The notes below the pieces were generated by a model. That model worked only from the letters and a program-made list of their open reading frames with translations, searched no databases and had not been told where the DNA came from. This document shows, one piece after another, positions 17,381-25,866 of a stretch of DNA of 27,446 nucleotides. The stretch's first letter is position 1. Every line of letters begins with the position of its first letter. Source of the stretch: Nodularia chucula CCY0103 (GTDB taxonomy: Bacteria; Cyanobacteriota; Cyanobacteriia; Cyanobacteriales; Nostocaceae); contig NZ_CAWUOL010000071.1 of assembly GCF_963923915.1 (NCBI RefSeq), positions 1-27,446 on the forward strand, written 5' to 3'. Both the position numbers and the translations under genes were made by a program.

Positions 17381-17594
17381 GAGATGTCTTATTTCACTAC
17401 TAAAATATTTCTTCGGTACATATTCAATAAATAATGCCTTATATTTAACAATATTAATCAAAAAATACTTAGGATATTTTCTTTTGCCAGCTTTGTTAAT
17501 TATGTATTAAATAAACTGTCCTTGATATTGCCCTTCATGAATGATTTTTTTCTCTTGTGAGAAATCCGGGATTAAGTGTCATAATCTAAAAAAC

Positions 17595-17772
17595 TAGGAG
17601 TTACGCATTGACAGGAAAACCAAATGTATGATATGTATTTCAGGCATTAAACCTTGATTTTTCGATACTTTTTAGGCGATCGCTATTTATCAAAGGATGA
17701 TTGATCACAGCCTAAAACGACGTGTTTTCGTTGACACACAAGATGATAAATTTGTACAGTGCGTAAGTCCTA
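17595..17772. mobile_element. MITE-like element (~178 bp) with imperfect terminal inverted repeats
   Basis: Left end TAGGAGTTACGCATTGACAG. The reverse complement of the right end is TAGGACTTACGCACTGTAC, about 15/18 identical. Both flanks read AAAAC, a possible target-site duplication in an A-rich context. There is no ORF inside. Confidence 0.45.
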
Positions 17773-17913
17773 AAAACCTCGTTTTCATTGAGTTTAATTA
17801 TCAACTTCACCGTTAAAAATTTGTAATATATAATACCAAGAACTATTAGTTAAACTGTATTGGGAATATTAACCCAGCTACCGCCCAACTTTAGCTGAAG
17901 AAATACAAACAAA

Positions 17914-18948
17914 ATGAACACGACTCATTTAAGTGGCTACTTACTTCAGAAACTACATCCTGTATCTTTACTAGCGCAACTAACTAAGCGCCATGCTACT
18001 GGTTGCTTACGGGTATCTGCTCAAACCGACACTTGGTCAATTCATTTAGAAAATGGTAAACTAACCTACGCCACTTATTCTGAAAGTCTCTTTGACCGTT
18101 TGGATAATCATTTACAACGGTTGAGTCAAAAAAATACCACTGTTGAAAGTGCAACTCGTTCGCAAATGCGACTGATGTTTGAAGCAAAAAATCAAAATCA
18201 ATCGATGTTGTACGCAGATTATCAGGCAATTTGCTGGTTGATAAAGCACAAACATATTACTCCTAACCAAGCAGAAACACTGATAAGTGAATTAGGGAAA
18301 GAAGTTTTAGCAACATTTCTGGTGTTAACAGCAGGAAATTATGAATTTTCCCTGGATAATACTTGGGATGAATTACCAAAATTTTGCCATTTAGATTTAC
18401 AGTCATTAGTAGAATCCTGTCAAAAGCAGTTACGAAATCGGTTAAATATCCAGCCAGAAGTTAACAGTAGTCCACTTGTACGGATAGGAAATACTCCGAA
18501 TATTCAACAGTTTTCTCCAGCCAGAAAGCTAGAAAATCCTGACAACAGTAACTACCCAAATTCGCAGCAGCTTGTGAAAAATAGGCTGTACACAATTGCC
18601 TGTATTGATGATAGTCAAACTGTATTAAATTCTATCAAAATATTTTTAGATGATAGTAAATTTTCAGTAGTTACAATTAATGATCCGGTGAAAGCGTTAA
18701 TGCAAATTCTGCGGAGTAAACCCGACTTAATTTTACTAGATGTCACCATGCCGAATTTAGATGGCTATGAATTGTGTTCTTTATTAAGAAAGCATTCTGG
18801 TTTAAAGGATACCCCCATTATTATGGTGACAGGCAGAACTGGATTTATCGACAAGGCTAAGGCTAAAATGGTCAGATCCTCTGGTTATTTAACTAAGCCT
18901 TTTACACAGCAAGAGTTACTAAAAATGGTGTCAAAATATATGAATTAG
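17914..18948 (+). CDS. PatA-type response regulator (N-terminal PATAN domain plus C-terminal REC); PilG/HmpA/TaxP-like
   Basis: 344-aa ORF. The N-terminal ~170 aa are PATAN-like (LLAQLTKRHATGCLRVSAQTDTWSIHLENGKLTYAT). The C-terminal REC reads YTIACIDDS...DLILLDVTMPNLDGYELC...IIMVTG...YLTKPF. It is the first gene of the chemosensory cluster. Confidence 0.85.
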   Translation: MNTTHLSGYLLQKLHPVSLLAQLTKRHATGCLRVSAQTDTWSIHLENGKLTYATYSESLFDRLDNHLQRLSQKNTTVESATRSQMRLMFEAKNQNQSMLYADYQAICWLIKHKHITPNQAETLISELGKEVLATFLVLTAGNYEFSLDNTWDELPKFCHLDLQSLVESCQKQLRNRLNIQPEVNSSPLVRIGNTPNIQQFSPARKLENPDNSNYPNSQQLVKNRLYTIACIDDSQTVLNSIKIFLDDSKFSVVTINDPVKALMQILRSKPDLILLDVTMPNLDGYELCSLLRKHSGLKDTPIIMVTGRTGFIDKAKAKMVRSSGYLTKPFTQQELLKMVSKYMN

Positions 18949-19016
18949 TTTGGGTATTTCCATGAAGAGAATTGAGTTTTATTTATAGATAGTTTTTTAA
19001 ATCAGGAGGTAGGATC

Positions 19017-19394
19017 GTGAGTATGACTTTATTTTACAAAGTTTTAATTGTAGATGATTCACTTAGTGAATTAGAACTGATGAGCTATTATCTCCAAGAT
19101 AGTGGTTACAAAGTAATTAAGGCTGCTAATGCAAAAGAGGCTTTGAATAAAATTTCTTCCGAAAAAATAGACTTAATTGTTACTGATGTAGTTATGCCTG
19201 GAATGAGTGGATTTGAGCTGTGCCGTTGTCTGAAAAAAAATCCGATGACTCAAAAATTACCAATAGTTATTTGCAGTTCTAAAAATCAAGAGATTGATAA
19301 ATTATGGGCAATGCGACAAGGGGCTGATATCTATTTGACTAAGCCCTATACAAAAGAACAGCTATTGCTGGCTATTAAATCACTGGCGGGTTAA
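19017..19394 (+). CDS. Single-domain CheY-like response regulator (PilH/HmpB-like)
   Basis: 125-aa ORF (GTG at 19017, 7 nt after AGGAGG at 19004-19009; alternative ATG at 19023). Motifs: VLIVDDS...DLIVTDVVMPGMSGFELC...ICSSK...YLTKPY. Confidence 0.9.
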   Translation: MSMTLFYKVLIVDDSLSELELMSYYLQDSGYKVIKAANAKEALNKISSEKIDLIVTDVVMPGMSGFELCRCLKKNPMTQKLPIVICSSKNQEIDKLWAMRQGADIYLTKPYTKEQLLLAIKSLAG

Positions 19395-19398
19395 ACTC

Positions 19399-19896
19399 AT
19401 GAATAATTCCAGAATTATTGTTGAGCAACAGTCTGTTAAGGCTAACTTAGAAAATAGCTATCTGAAGTTTTACTTAAATGAACAAACTCCGGCTATTTTA
19501 TCAATGAATTATGCCCAAGAAGCTGTCATGTTACCAGTTGAACTGGTAACTTCTATGCCAAATATGCTACCTTGTATATTAGGATTAATGAATTGGCGGA
19601 GTCGCGTTATTTGGGCAATTGATTTACCCAAAATGCTGAATTTAGAATCTTTAGAGGGTAGATTAAAGCAATATAAGATTGTAGTGATTCAGGTGGAATC
19701 GCTACTTTTAGGTTTGGTTGTCCATGATATCAAAGGTGTGACTAAGTTTATGCCTGACAGTATTCAGTCTCCTGTAGGACAAGTAGCATCTAGTTTAGTG
19801 CCTTATTTAAGCGGATGTGTGCAGCAATTACCAGAAATATTACTGGTTTTAGATGCTAAATCTCTAGTACATTCTCCGCTTTTTCACAGTAATTAG
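19399..19896 (+). CDS. CheW-like coupling protein (PilI/HmpC-like)
   Basis: 165-aa ORF starting 4 nt after the cheY-like stop. The CheW fold pattern is present (YLKFYL......A.....V.EV......T.MPNM..CILGLMNWRSRVIWAIDL). Confidence 0.85.
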   Translation: MNNSRIIVEQQSVKANLENSYLKFYLNEQTPAILSMNYAQEAVMLPVELVTSMPNMLPCILGLMNWRSRVIWAIDLPKMLNLESLEGRLKQYKIVVIQVESLLLGLVVHDIKGVTKFMPDSIQSPVGQVASSLVPYLSGCVQQLPEILLVLDAKSLVHSPLFHSN

Positions 19897-20058
19897 GTGC
19901 TAGTAACACCATAAGTTTCTTCCTCTTGGCGGAGAGAAGTAACAAGGGGGGATGGGGTTGGGGTAGGATTCAATCTCAGTCAACTGAGAACTACTACATT
20001 TACATCCTCTTAGGTCAGTATAATAGGAAAAAGTAATAATTATTATGGGAATTATCTA

Positions 20059-22146
20059 GTGATATATATTCAACGAGTCAGTTTAAAACCAAAAGTGGTA
20101 ATTTTAGCGATCGCCATCACTACTTTACCAATATTCGGCATGGGTGCGATCGCTTATCAGTTGGCACAGAAATTTACCAATAGACAAATTTACCAATCTC
20201 ATGCAGCCACTGCTACCAGATTAACAGACGAAATTAACCGCTTGATGTTACAGCGCTATGCAGATTTGCAAATTATCGTTAATTCACCATTTTTTACCAA
20301 TACTAGAACCAATATAAATACAACTACTGCCAATAAGCGACAATTTTTAGATGACTTTGTGAATACTGAAGTCTATAGCAGCATCGCTGTGTTTGATCCT
20401 GCTGGTAAATTGATTGCTCAATCTACAGACGCACCTTTAGGTAATGAAAAAACCCCTAAGTCTTTACAAGAAATTATTGCCAAAGATACTGCTGTCATTA
20501 CCCAGCCAGAAGGATCAGTAATTAATATAACTGCACCCATTAAAGATACTGTTAGGGGTAATACTATTGCGGTGGTGAGTGCCGAAATCCCTCTAGAATA
20601 TTTACAAGGGATAACGCAGAATTATACAGATAATGGTAGTCAATATTATTTACTTGACAGTCAGGAGAGAGTTTTTCTCTCAACGCAAACAGAATTATTA
20701 GATGGAACCTTTCCTAAAAATGATTTAACTTCAAGTAGTAAATACACCACAATTCACCCCATTAGAGAACAGCCAAAACTACTGAGTTATGTACCATCAA
20801 TTACAGGAGAAACTTTACCTGGCTTAAACTGGCAATTAATTTTAACTACAGATGAAGCCGTTGCATTGCAACCGCAAGAACAACTATTACGAAGAATAGT
20901 CATAGCTACAGGATTATTCGCATTAATTGGAGGTGGGTTGGGTGTTTTATTAATTCTAAAACTGACACAACCAATTTTAGATGGGGCTATGGCTTTATCC
21001 CAACTAGCGGAAGGTGATTATGATAGCCGTTGGGAAACTCCCACACAATATGATTTAAAGAAACTTAGTGATGAATTTAATCATGTTGCCATCCAATTGC
21101 AAGTTTTAGCCCAACAAGAAGCACTCAAGAGTATGGGGGGAGACCATATTAATGAAGCAATGCAATTGCAACTTTTAGAATTATTGACTCAAGTAGAGAG
21201 TGCAGCTAAAGGTGATTTTACCGTGCGTGCAGAAGTGACGGCGGGACAAATTGGGACTATTTGCGACTTTTTTAATTCCATTGTGGAAAGCCTCAGAGAT
21301 ATTTTCACTGAAGTGAAACAATCTAGTAGCCAAGTAAATCAAGGAATTGGGGCTGATGAAGCTGCTATCCGTAAACTAGCAGAGGAAACACTCACCCAAA
21401 CGGTGGAAATCAACCGTACTATACAGGCTGTTGATCAAATGACTACTTTTATGAAAAGTGTCGCTGAAAATGCGGAAAAAGCAGCAATTATTACTAATAA
21501 TGCGGCTAAGTCTGCTACAAATAGTAGACAAGCAATGGATTTAACAGTAAATAATATTCTGAGTTTGCGGGAAACAGTGGGTGATACTACTCACAAACTC
21601 AAACGCTTGGGAGAATCTACTCAACAAATTTCTCATGTGGTGTCTTTAATCAACCAAATTGCTACCCAAAGTAATTTACTCGCTATCAACGCCAGTATTG
21701 AAGCAGCGCGGGGTGGTGAAGAAGCACAAGGTTTTGCTATGGTTGCGGAAGAGGTGGGAGAATTAGCCATTTGCAGTGCTTCAGCTACTAAAGAAATTGA
21801 GGAAATTGTCACCAATATCCAACGGGAAACTAGCGAGGTTTTACAAGCTATGGAAATCGGAACTTCCCAGGTTATAGAAAGCACTGAAATTGTGGAAGCA
21901 GGGAAGCAAGATTTGCATCAAATTTCGGATGTTTCCCAACAAATAGATTTTTTGGTACAGTCGATTTCTACAGCAACTGCATCTCAATTACAAACATCCC
22001 AAGTTGTGAGTGATTTGATTCAACGTATTGCTGCTATTTCACAACGTACCAGCGATTCTTCTTCTGTGGTTTCTCAATCTCTCCATCAAACTAGGGAAAT
22101 TTCCCAGCAGTTACAAGCAACTGTAGAAACTTTGAAGGTGAGTTGA
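20059..22146 (+). CDS. Methyl-accepting chemotaxis protein (TM, ~250-aa periplasmic sensor, TM, HAMP, MA domain); no GAF/bilin domain
   Basis: 695-aa ORF with a GTG start. TM1 is at aa ~12-33 and TM2 at aa ~280-300. The conserved signalling hairpin tip is NLLAINASIEAARGGEEAQGFAMVAEEVGELA. Confidence 0.9.
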   Translation: MIYIQRVSLKPKVVILAIAITTLPIFGMGAIAYQLAQKFTNRQIYQSHAATATRLTDEINRLMLQRYADLQIIVNSPFFTNTRTNINTTTANKRQFLDDFVNTEVYSSIAVFDPAGKLIAQSTDAPLGNEKTPKSLQEIIAKDTAVITQPEGSVINITAPIKDTVRGNTIAVVSAEIPLEYLQGITQNYTDNGSQYYLLDSQERVFLSTQTELLDGTFPKNDLTSSSKYTTIHPIREQPKLLSYVPSITGETLPGLNWQLILTTDEAVALQPQEQLLRRIVIATGLFALIGGGLGVLLILKLTQPILDGAMALSQLAEGDYDSRWETPTQYDLKKLSDEFNHVAIQLQVLAQQEALKSMGGDHINEAMQLQLLELLTQVESAAKGDFTVRAEVTAGQIGTICDFFNSIVESLRDIFTEVKQSSSQVNQGIGADEAAIRKLAEETLTQTVEINRTIQAVDQMTTFMKSVAENAEKAAIITNNAAKSATNSRQAMDLTVNNILSLRETVGDTTHKLKRLGESTQQISHVVSLINQIATQSNLLAINASIEAARGGEEAQGFAMVAEEVGELAICSASATKEIEEIVTNIQRETSEVLQAMEIGTSQVIESTEIVEAGKQDLHQISDVSQQIDFLVQSISTATASQLQTSQVVSDLIQRIAAISQRTSDSSSVVSQSLHQTREISQQLQATVETLKVS

Positions 22147-22160
22147 TTTGGGGAGAAGCA

Positions 22161-22251
22161 TATAGCCTTGGCGATTAAAATCGCGGCTATACAAACAATG
22201 TCCGCCTGCGCGGACTAACTTAAAATTAAGGTTTTCAACCCGCGTAGGTGG
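22161..22251. repeat. Decayed copy A of a Nostoc-type hairpin MITE (left arm intact)
   Basis: Nested hairpin TATAGCC-TTG-GCGAT-TAAA-ATCGC-GGCTATA (22161-22191). Hairpin GTCCGC-CTGC-GCGGAC (22200-22215). Then GGTTTTCAACCCGCGTAGGTGG (22230-22251). It is related to copy B at 25181-25312. Confidence 0.6.
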
Positions 22252-22334
22252 CCTTCCTGACCGGATGACGCGAACAGTCACGCCTGGTGCAAGATATGTG
22301 GAAATTTATCAATGACTAATGATTAAACAAAGCT

Positions 22335-25145
22335 ATGTCAAAGGATAAAGAGTTAGAAATCCAGATGCAGTTTCTGGAAGAAGCAAGAGATTATTTGAAT
22401 ACTCTAGAGGCGGTGTTGCTGGAAATCGATACTACTAAACGCATTGATGTGGAGAAAATTAATGCTGCATTGCGAGCCGCTCATTCTATTAAGGGCGGTG
22501 CTGGGATGATGGGTTTCCGGACTTTGAGTGATTTAGCTCACCGTCTGGAAGATTCTTTTAAGGTTTTGAAAAGTCGCAAAAATTCCCGCGATTTTGACTC
22601 AGATTTACAAACTTTATTACTTTCTGCTGTTGATTCCCTGCGACAAATTGTAGAATTAGTAGCGCAGGGATATGAGATTAAGAATGAGTGGTTAAGTAGG
22701 GTTTGTTATCCAATATTTGATGAACTGCGCGATCGCCTGGGTGAACCTAGTCCAGAAGATGCTGCTACTATATTATCACCAGAAGATGGACAAGATATTG
22801 TTCCCATGCTGTTTGAAACAGAGGTGGAAGGATGTTTGCAACGTTTGGAGTCGGTATTAGCAAATAGTGCTGATGCTGATTTACAGGAAGAAGTAGTGGT
22901 GATGGCGGCTGAGTTGGGGGGTTTGGGCGAAATGCTGGAATTACCAGCTTTTACAAGTTTGTGTCAATCTATAGAGAATTATATCGGTACTGCTAGCAGC
23001 GATCGCATTCTAGAAATTGCTCAGTTATCATTGCAAACATGGCGGCGATCGCAAGCTTTGATATTAACTAATCAACGAGATAGTTTACCAACACAACTGG
23101 ATTTAACTAATTATACCAGTAATCAACCACAATCAACAGATGGCATCTCTCAGTTGCAACCAGAGAAAGCATCGACAGATAATTTTACATCTGTGAATAT
23201 TCCCGAAACTACTACAATGGTGTATCCAGAGGAGGAAATTACTCTTAGTAAAGATAGGGAAATATCAGAAAATACAGTTAGAGTTCCCAGTAAACAACTG
23301 GAACAAATTAATGATTTATGTGGGGAACTCACTATTCAGCGTAACGGTTTAAATTCCCAACTAGAAAAATTACACAATCTCGTGCTTTCTCTCAATCAGC
23401 GTGTGCAGAGACTTGACCGAGAAAACTATGAATTACGCACAGCATATCGGAAAATTACTCAGACAGAGGATACAGCAGAATTAGCCATCAATTCAGAGGA
23501 TAAAGTAAATGTGCGATCGCAAGAAGTTACAGAAACCATTATCCAAGTCCAAGAAGTCACCACAGACATTCAATTAAGTCTAGATGATACAGAACAAATA
23601 GCCCGGAAACTGAATAAAACATCCAAACAATTACAAAGAAAATTCACACACATTCGGATGCGTCCATTATCCGATTTAATCGAGCGTTTTCCTAGAGCTT
23701 TACATGACCTCAACATTGAATATAGCAAAAACGTTCACTTGCAAGTTGAAGGCGGCAACATCTTAATTGAACGCAGCATTTTAGAAGCCTTAAACGAGCC
23801 AATAATCCACTTATTAAGAAACGCTTTTGATCATGGCATAGAAGACTCAAATACTCGCCGTCAATTAGGAAAACCAGAACAAGGATTAATCGAAATTACA
23901 GCCAGTAACCATCACAACCGTACCATAATTACCATGCGTGATGATGGGCGAGGAATTGATTTAGATAAAATTCGTTCCCGTGCCGTAGCTATGGGTTTAG
24001 ATGCTACCCTAGTTGCCAATGCTAGCGAAGAAGAACTACTATCAATCATTTTTGAACCAGGTTTTACAACATCTGACCAAGTAACAGCCTTATCAGGTCG
24101 TGGAGTGGGTATGGATGTAGTACGAAATAACCTGAAATCAGTGCTGGGAGATATAACAGTTAATACAGAATTAGGAGTTGGCACTACCTTTACTTTATCA
24201 GTACCATTTACACTTTCCGTAGCACGAGTTCTGCTAGTAGAAACCAATAAAATGTTATTGGCGTTTCCCACAGAAGTCATCTCGGAAATATTTTTATTAC
24301 AAAACGAGCAGATATCCTCAACCGGAGATAGTGCAGTTATTAATTGGCAAAATAATCCAATACCATTAATACGCCTCGCTAGTTACTTCCAGTTTAATTG
24401 TCCCCGCTACGATAACCCAGAATTAGAAATTTCCCCAGCCATCGATGCTGACAGTATCATCATAGTCAAAGGCAATAATCAAACAGTCGCCATCCAAGTA
24501 GACCGTTGTTGGGGTGAGCAAGAAGTAGCCATCCGCCAAATAGAGAGTAATATACCTTTACCCGCAGGCTTTAGTAATTGTACAATTCTCGGTGATGGGC
24601 GAGTATTAGCATTAGTAAATACCAACGATTTATTATATTGGATTGCCACTAATCAACGCAGTCCTCAAAATCATCAATTACCATCAGTGACGTTAAAAAC
24701 TCCCTTTCTCTTCTGGGAAAATAATAAACTCTCAGCAACATCTACTACCCATAAAAACACAATTTTAATCATCGATGATTCAATTAATGTTCGCCGCTTC
24801 TTAGCAATGACTTTAGAAAAAGGAGGCTATGAAGTGCAACAAGCAAAAGATGGTCAAGATGCCTTGGAAAAACTCGAAAGTGGTTTGAAAGTTGCCGCCA
24901 TAATTTGTGATATTGAAATGCCTCGTCTCGATGGTTATGGCTTTTTAGATCGGTTAAATTCTAACATAAAAACTAAACATATTCCAGTGACAATGTTAAC
25001 ATCTCGGAGTGGTGAAAAACATAAACAAATAGCGATGCAATTAGGCGCAAAGGCTTATTTTTCTAAACCTTATAATGAGCAAAAATTATTACAAACTATC
25101 GCCGAACTTGTTGGAAATGTTACTGATACAGCAACTTCTAGTTAA
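22335..25145 (+). CDS. CheA-type hybrid histidine kinase (Hpt, dimerisation/coiled coil, HATPase_c, CheW-like, REC); PilL/HmpE-like
   Basis: 936-aa ORF. Hpt motif AAHSIKGGAGMMGF (His50, nt 22482-22484). N-box HLLRNAFDHGIE. G1 DDGRGID. G2 SGRGVGMDVV. A CheW-like domain spans aa ~630-770. The C-terminal REC reads ILIIDDS...ICDIEMPRLDGYGF...SKPY. Confidence 0.9.
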   Translation: MSKDKELEIQMQFLEEARDYLNTLEAVLLEIDTTKRIDVEKINAALRAAHSIKGGAGMMGFRTLSDLAHRLEDSFKVLKSRKNSRDFDSDLQTLLLSAVDSLRQIVELVAQGYEIKNEWLSRVCYPIFDELRDRLGEPSPEDAATILSPEDGQDIVPMLFETEVEGCLQRLESVLANSADADLQEEVVVMAAELGGLGEMLELPAFTSLCQSIENYIGTASSDRILEIAQLSLQTWRRSQALILTNQRDSLPTQLDLTNYTSNQPQSTDGISQLQPEKASTDNFTSVNIPETTTMVYPEEEITLSKDREISENTVRVPSKQLEQINDLCGELTIQRNGLNSQLEKLHNLVLSLNQRVQRLDRENYELRTAYRKITQTEDTAELAINSEDKVNVRSQEVTETIIQVQEVTTDIQLSLDDTEQIARKLNKTSKQLQRKFTHIRMRPLSDLIERFPRALHDLNIEYSKNVHLQVEGGNILIERSILEALNEPIIHLLRNAFDHGIEDSNTRRQLGKPEQGLIEITASNHHNRTIITMRDDGRGIDLDKIRSRAVAMGLDATLVANASEEELLSIIFEPGFTTSDQVTALSGRGVGMDVVRNNLKSVLGDITVNTELGVGTTFTLSVPFTLSVARVLLVETNKMLLAFPTEVISEIFLLQNEQISSTGDSAVINWQNNPIPLIRLASYFQFNCPRYDNPELEISPAIDADSIIIVKGNNQTVAIQVDRCWGEQEVAIRQIESNIPLPAGFSNCTILGDGRVLALVNTNDLLYWIATNQRSPQNHQLPSVTLKTPFLFWENNKLSATSTTHKNTILIIDDSINVRRFLAMTLEKGGYEVQQAKDGQDALEKLESGLKVAAIICDIEMPRLDGYGFLDRLNSNIKTKHIPVTMLTSRSGEKHKQIAMQLGAKAYFSKPYNEQKLLQTIAELVGNVTDTATSS

Positions 25146-25180
25146 GAGGATGTTTTAAAAGTTTTGGGCGAATATAATAG

Positions 25181-25312
25181 AGCCTCCGGCACGCTACGCG
25201 AACGCTACTACACAAGCAAAGTCAACCTCCGTGGACTAATGAAAAATCGAGGTTTTCAACCCGCGCAGGCGGGTTTAGTTTGTGTAGCCGCGACTTCTAG
25301 TCGCCAGGGCTA
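25181..25312. repeat. Decayed copy B of the same MITE family (right arm intact)
   Basis: GGTTTTCAACCCGCGCAGGCGGG (25251-25273) matches copy A at 20/22 in the same orientation. The hairpin AACCCGC-GCAG-GCGGGTT follows. TAGCC-GCGAC-TTCTA-GTCGC-CAG-GGCTA (25285-25312) is the inverted counterpart of the copy A hairpin. The left part carries CACGCTACGCGAACG (25190-25204), also seen at 17152-17166. Confidence 0.6.
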
Positions 25313-25406
25313 GTAATAATCGATACTGTAATAAATTAGACTTTTTTTCTCTGTTGAGAAGTGGTTATACTGAGTAAAATAAGTATAATCTCTGAATATT
25401 ATTGAT

Positions 25407-25862
25407 ATGGAACCAATAACAGCTGCTGCGATCGCCACCCTAGTTTTTTCAGAAGCCTTGAAGGAAGGGGGAAAAGCTTTAGGTAAAGGGGTTTCAGAAC
25501 AAGTTGCTCAACTATTGAGTGCAATTAGGCAGAAATTCCAAGCGGCGGGAATGGAAGGACTACTGAAAAGAGCCGAAGAAAATCCTACAGAAAAGAATAC
25601 CTCAAAGTTCCAGGATGAACTGGAAACGCAAATGGAGGAAGATGCAGCTTTTGCTAATCGGTTGCAAGAACTGATGACCCAGCTAAAAGCCAATCAAACC
25701 ATTAATCAAATAGTCCTCAAGGGAGTCAAGGTACAGGGTAAAGCCAAGGTAGGCGATATAGATTTGACCGCGACAAGAGAGGGTGCAGTGAATCAAGAAG
25801 CGCTGGTTGATTCTCAATTTGGTGATGATCTTGACCTTGGCAATATCAACATGAAGGCTTAG
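25407..25862 (+). CDS. Small helical Bell/HeLo-like putative membrane-targeting effector with a C-terminal double 21-residue amyloid-like motif
   Basis: 151-aa ORF. It has a hydrophobic N-terminal helix (PITAAAIATLVF), a Gly-rich turn (GGKALGKG) and about 95 aa of charged helical sequence. The tail is N/Q/G/V/D-rich and holds two pseudo-repeats (aa 99-119 and 128-148). The ORF stops 4 nt before the NB-ARC gene. The functional call is an inference from architecture. Confidence 0.6.
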   Translation: MEPITAAAIATLVFSEALKEGGKALGKGVSEQVAQLLSAIRQKFQAAGMEGLLKRAEENPTEKNTSKFQDELETQMEEDAAFANRLQELMTQLKANQTINQIVLKGVKVQGKAKVGDIDLTATREGAVNQEALVDSQFGDDLDLGNINMKA

Positions 25863-25866
25863 GATC

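Noticed and set aside
23912-24280. Antisense ORFs inside large sensor genes: 23912-24280, 21633-21884, 2480-2722, 3377-3565, 1614-1796, 25961-26296 and 26450-26692.
   Set aside because: All lie opposite strongly supported CDSs and lack starts with RBS or any motif. They are typical shadow ORFs.
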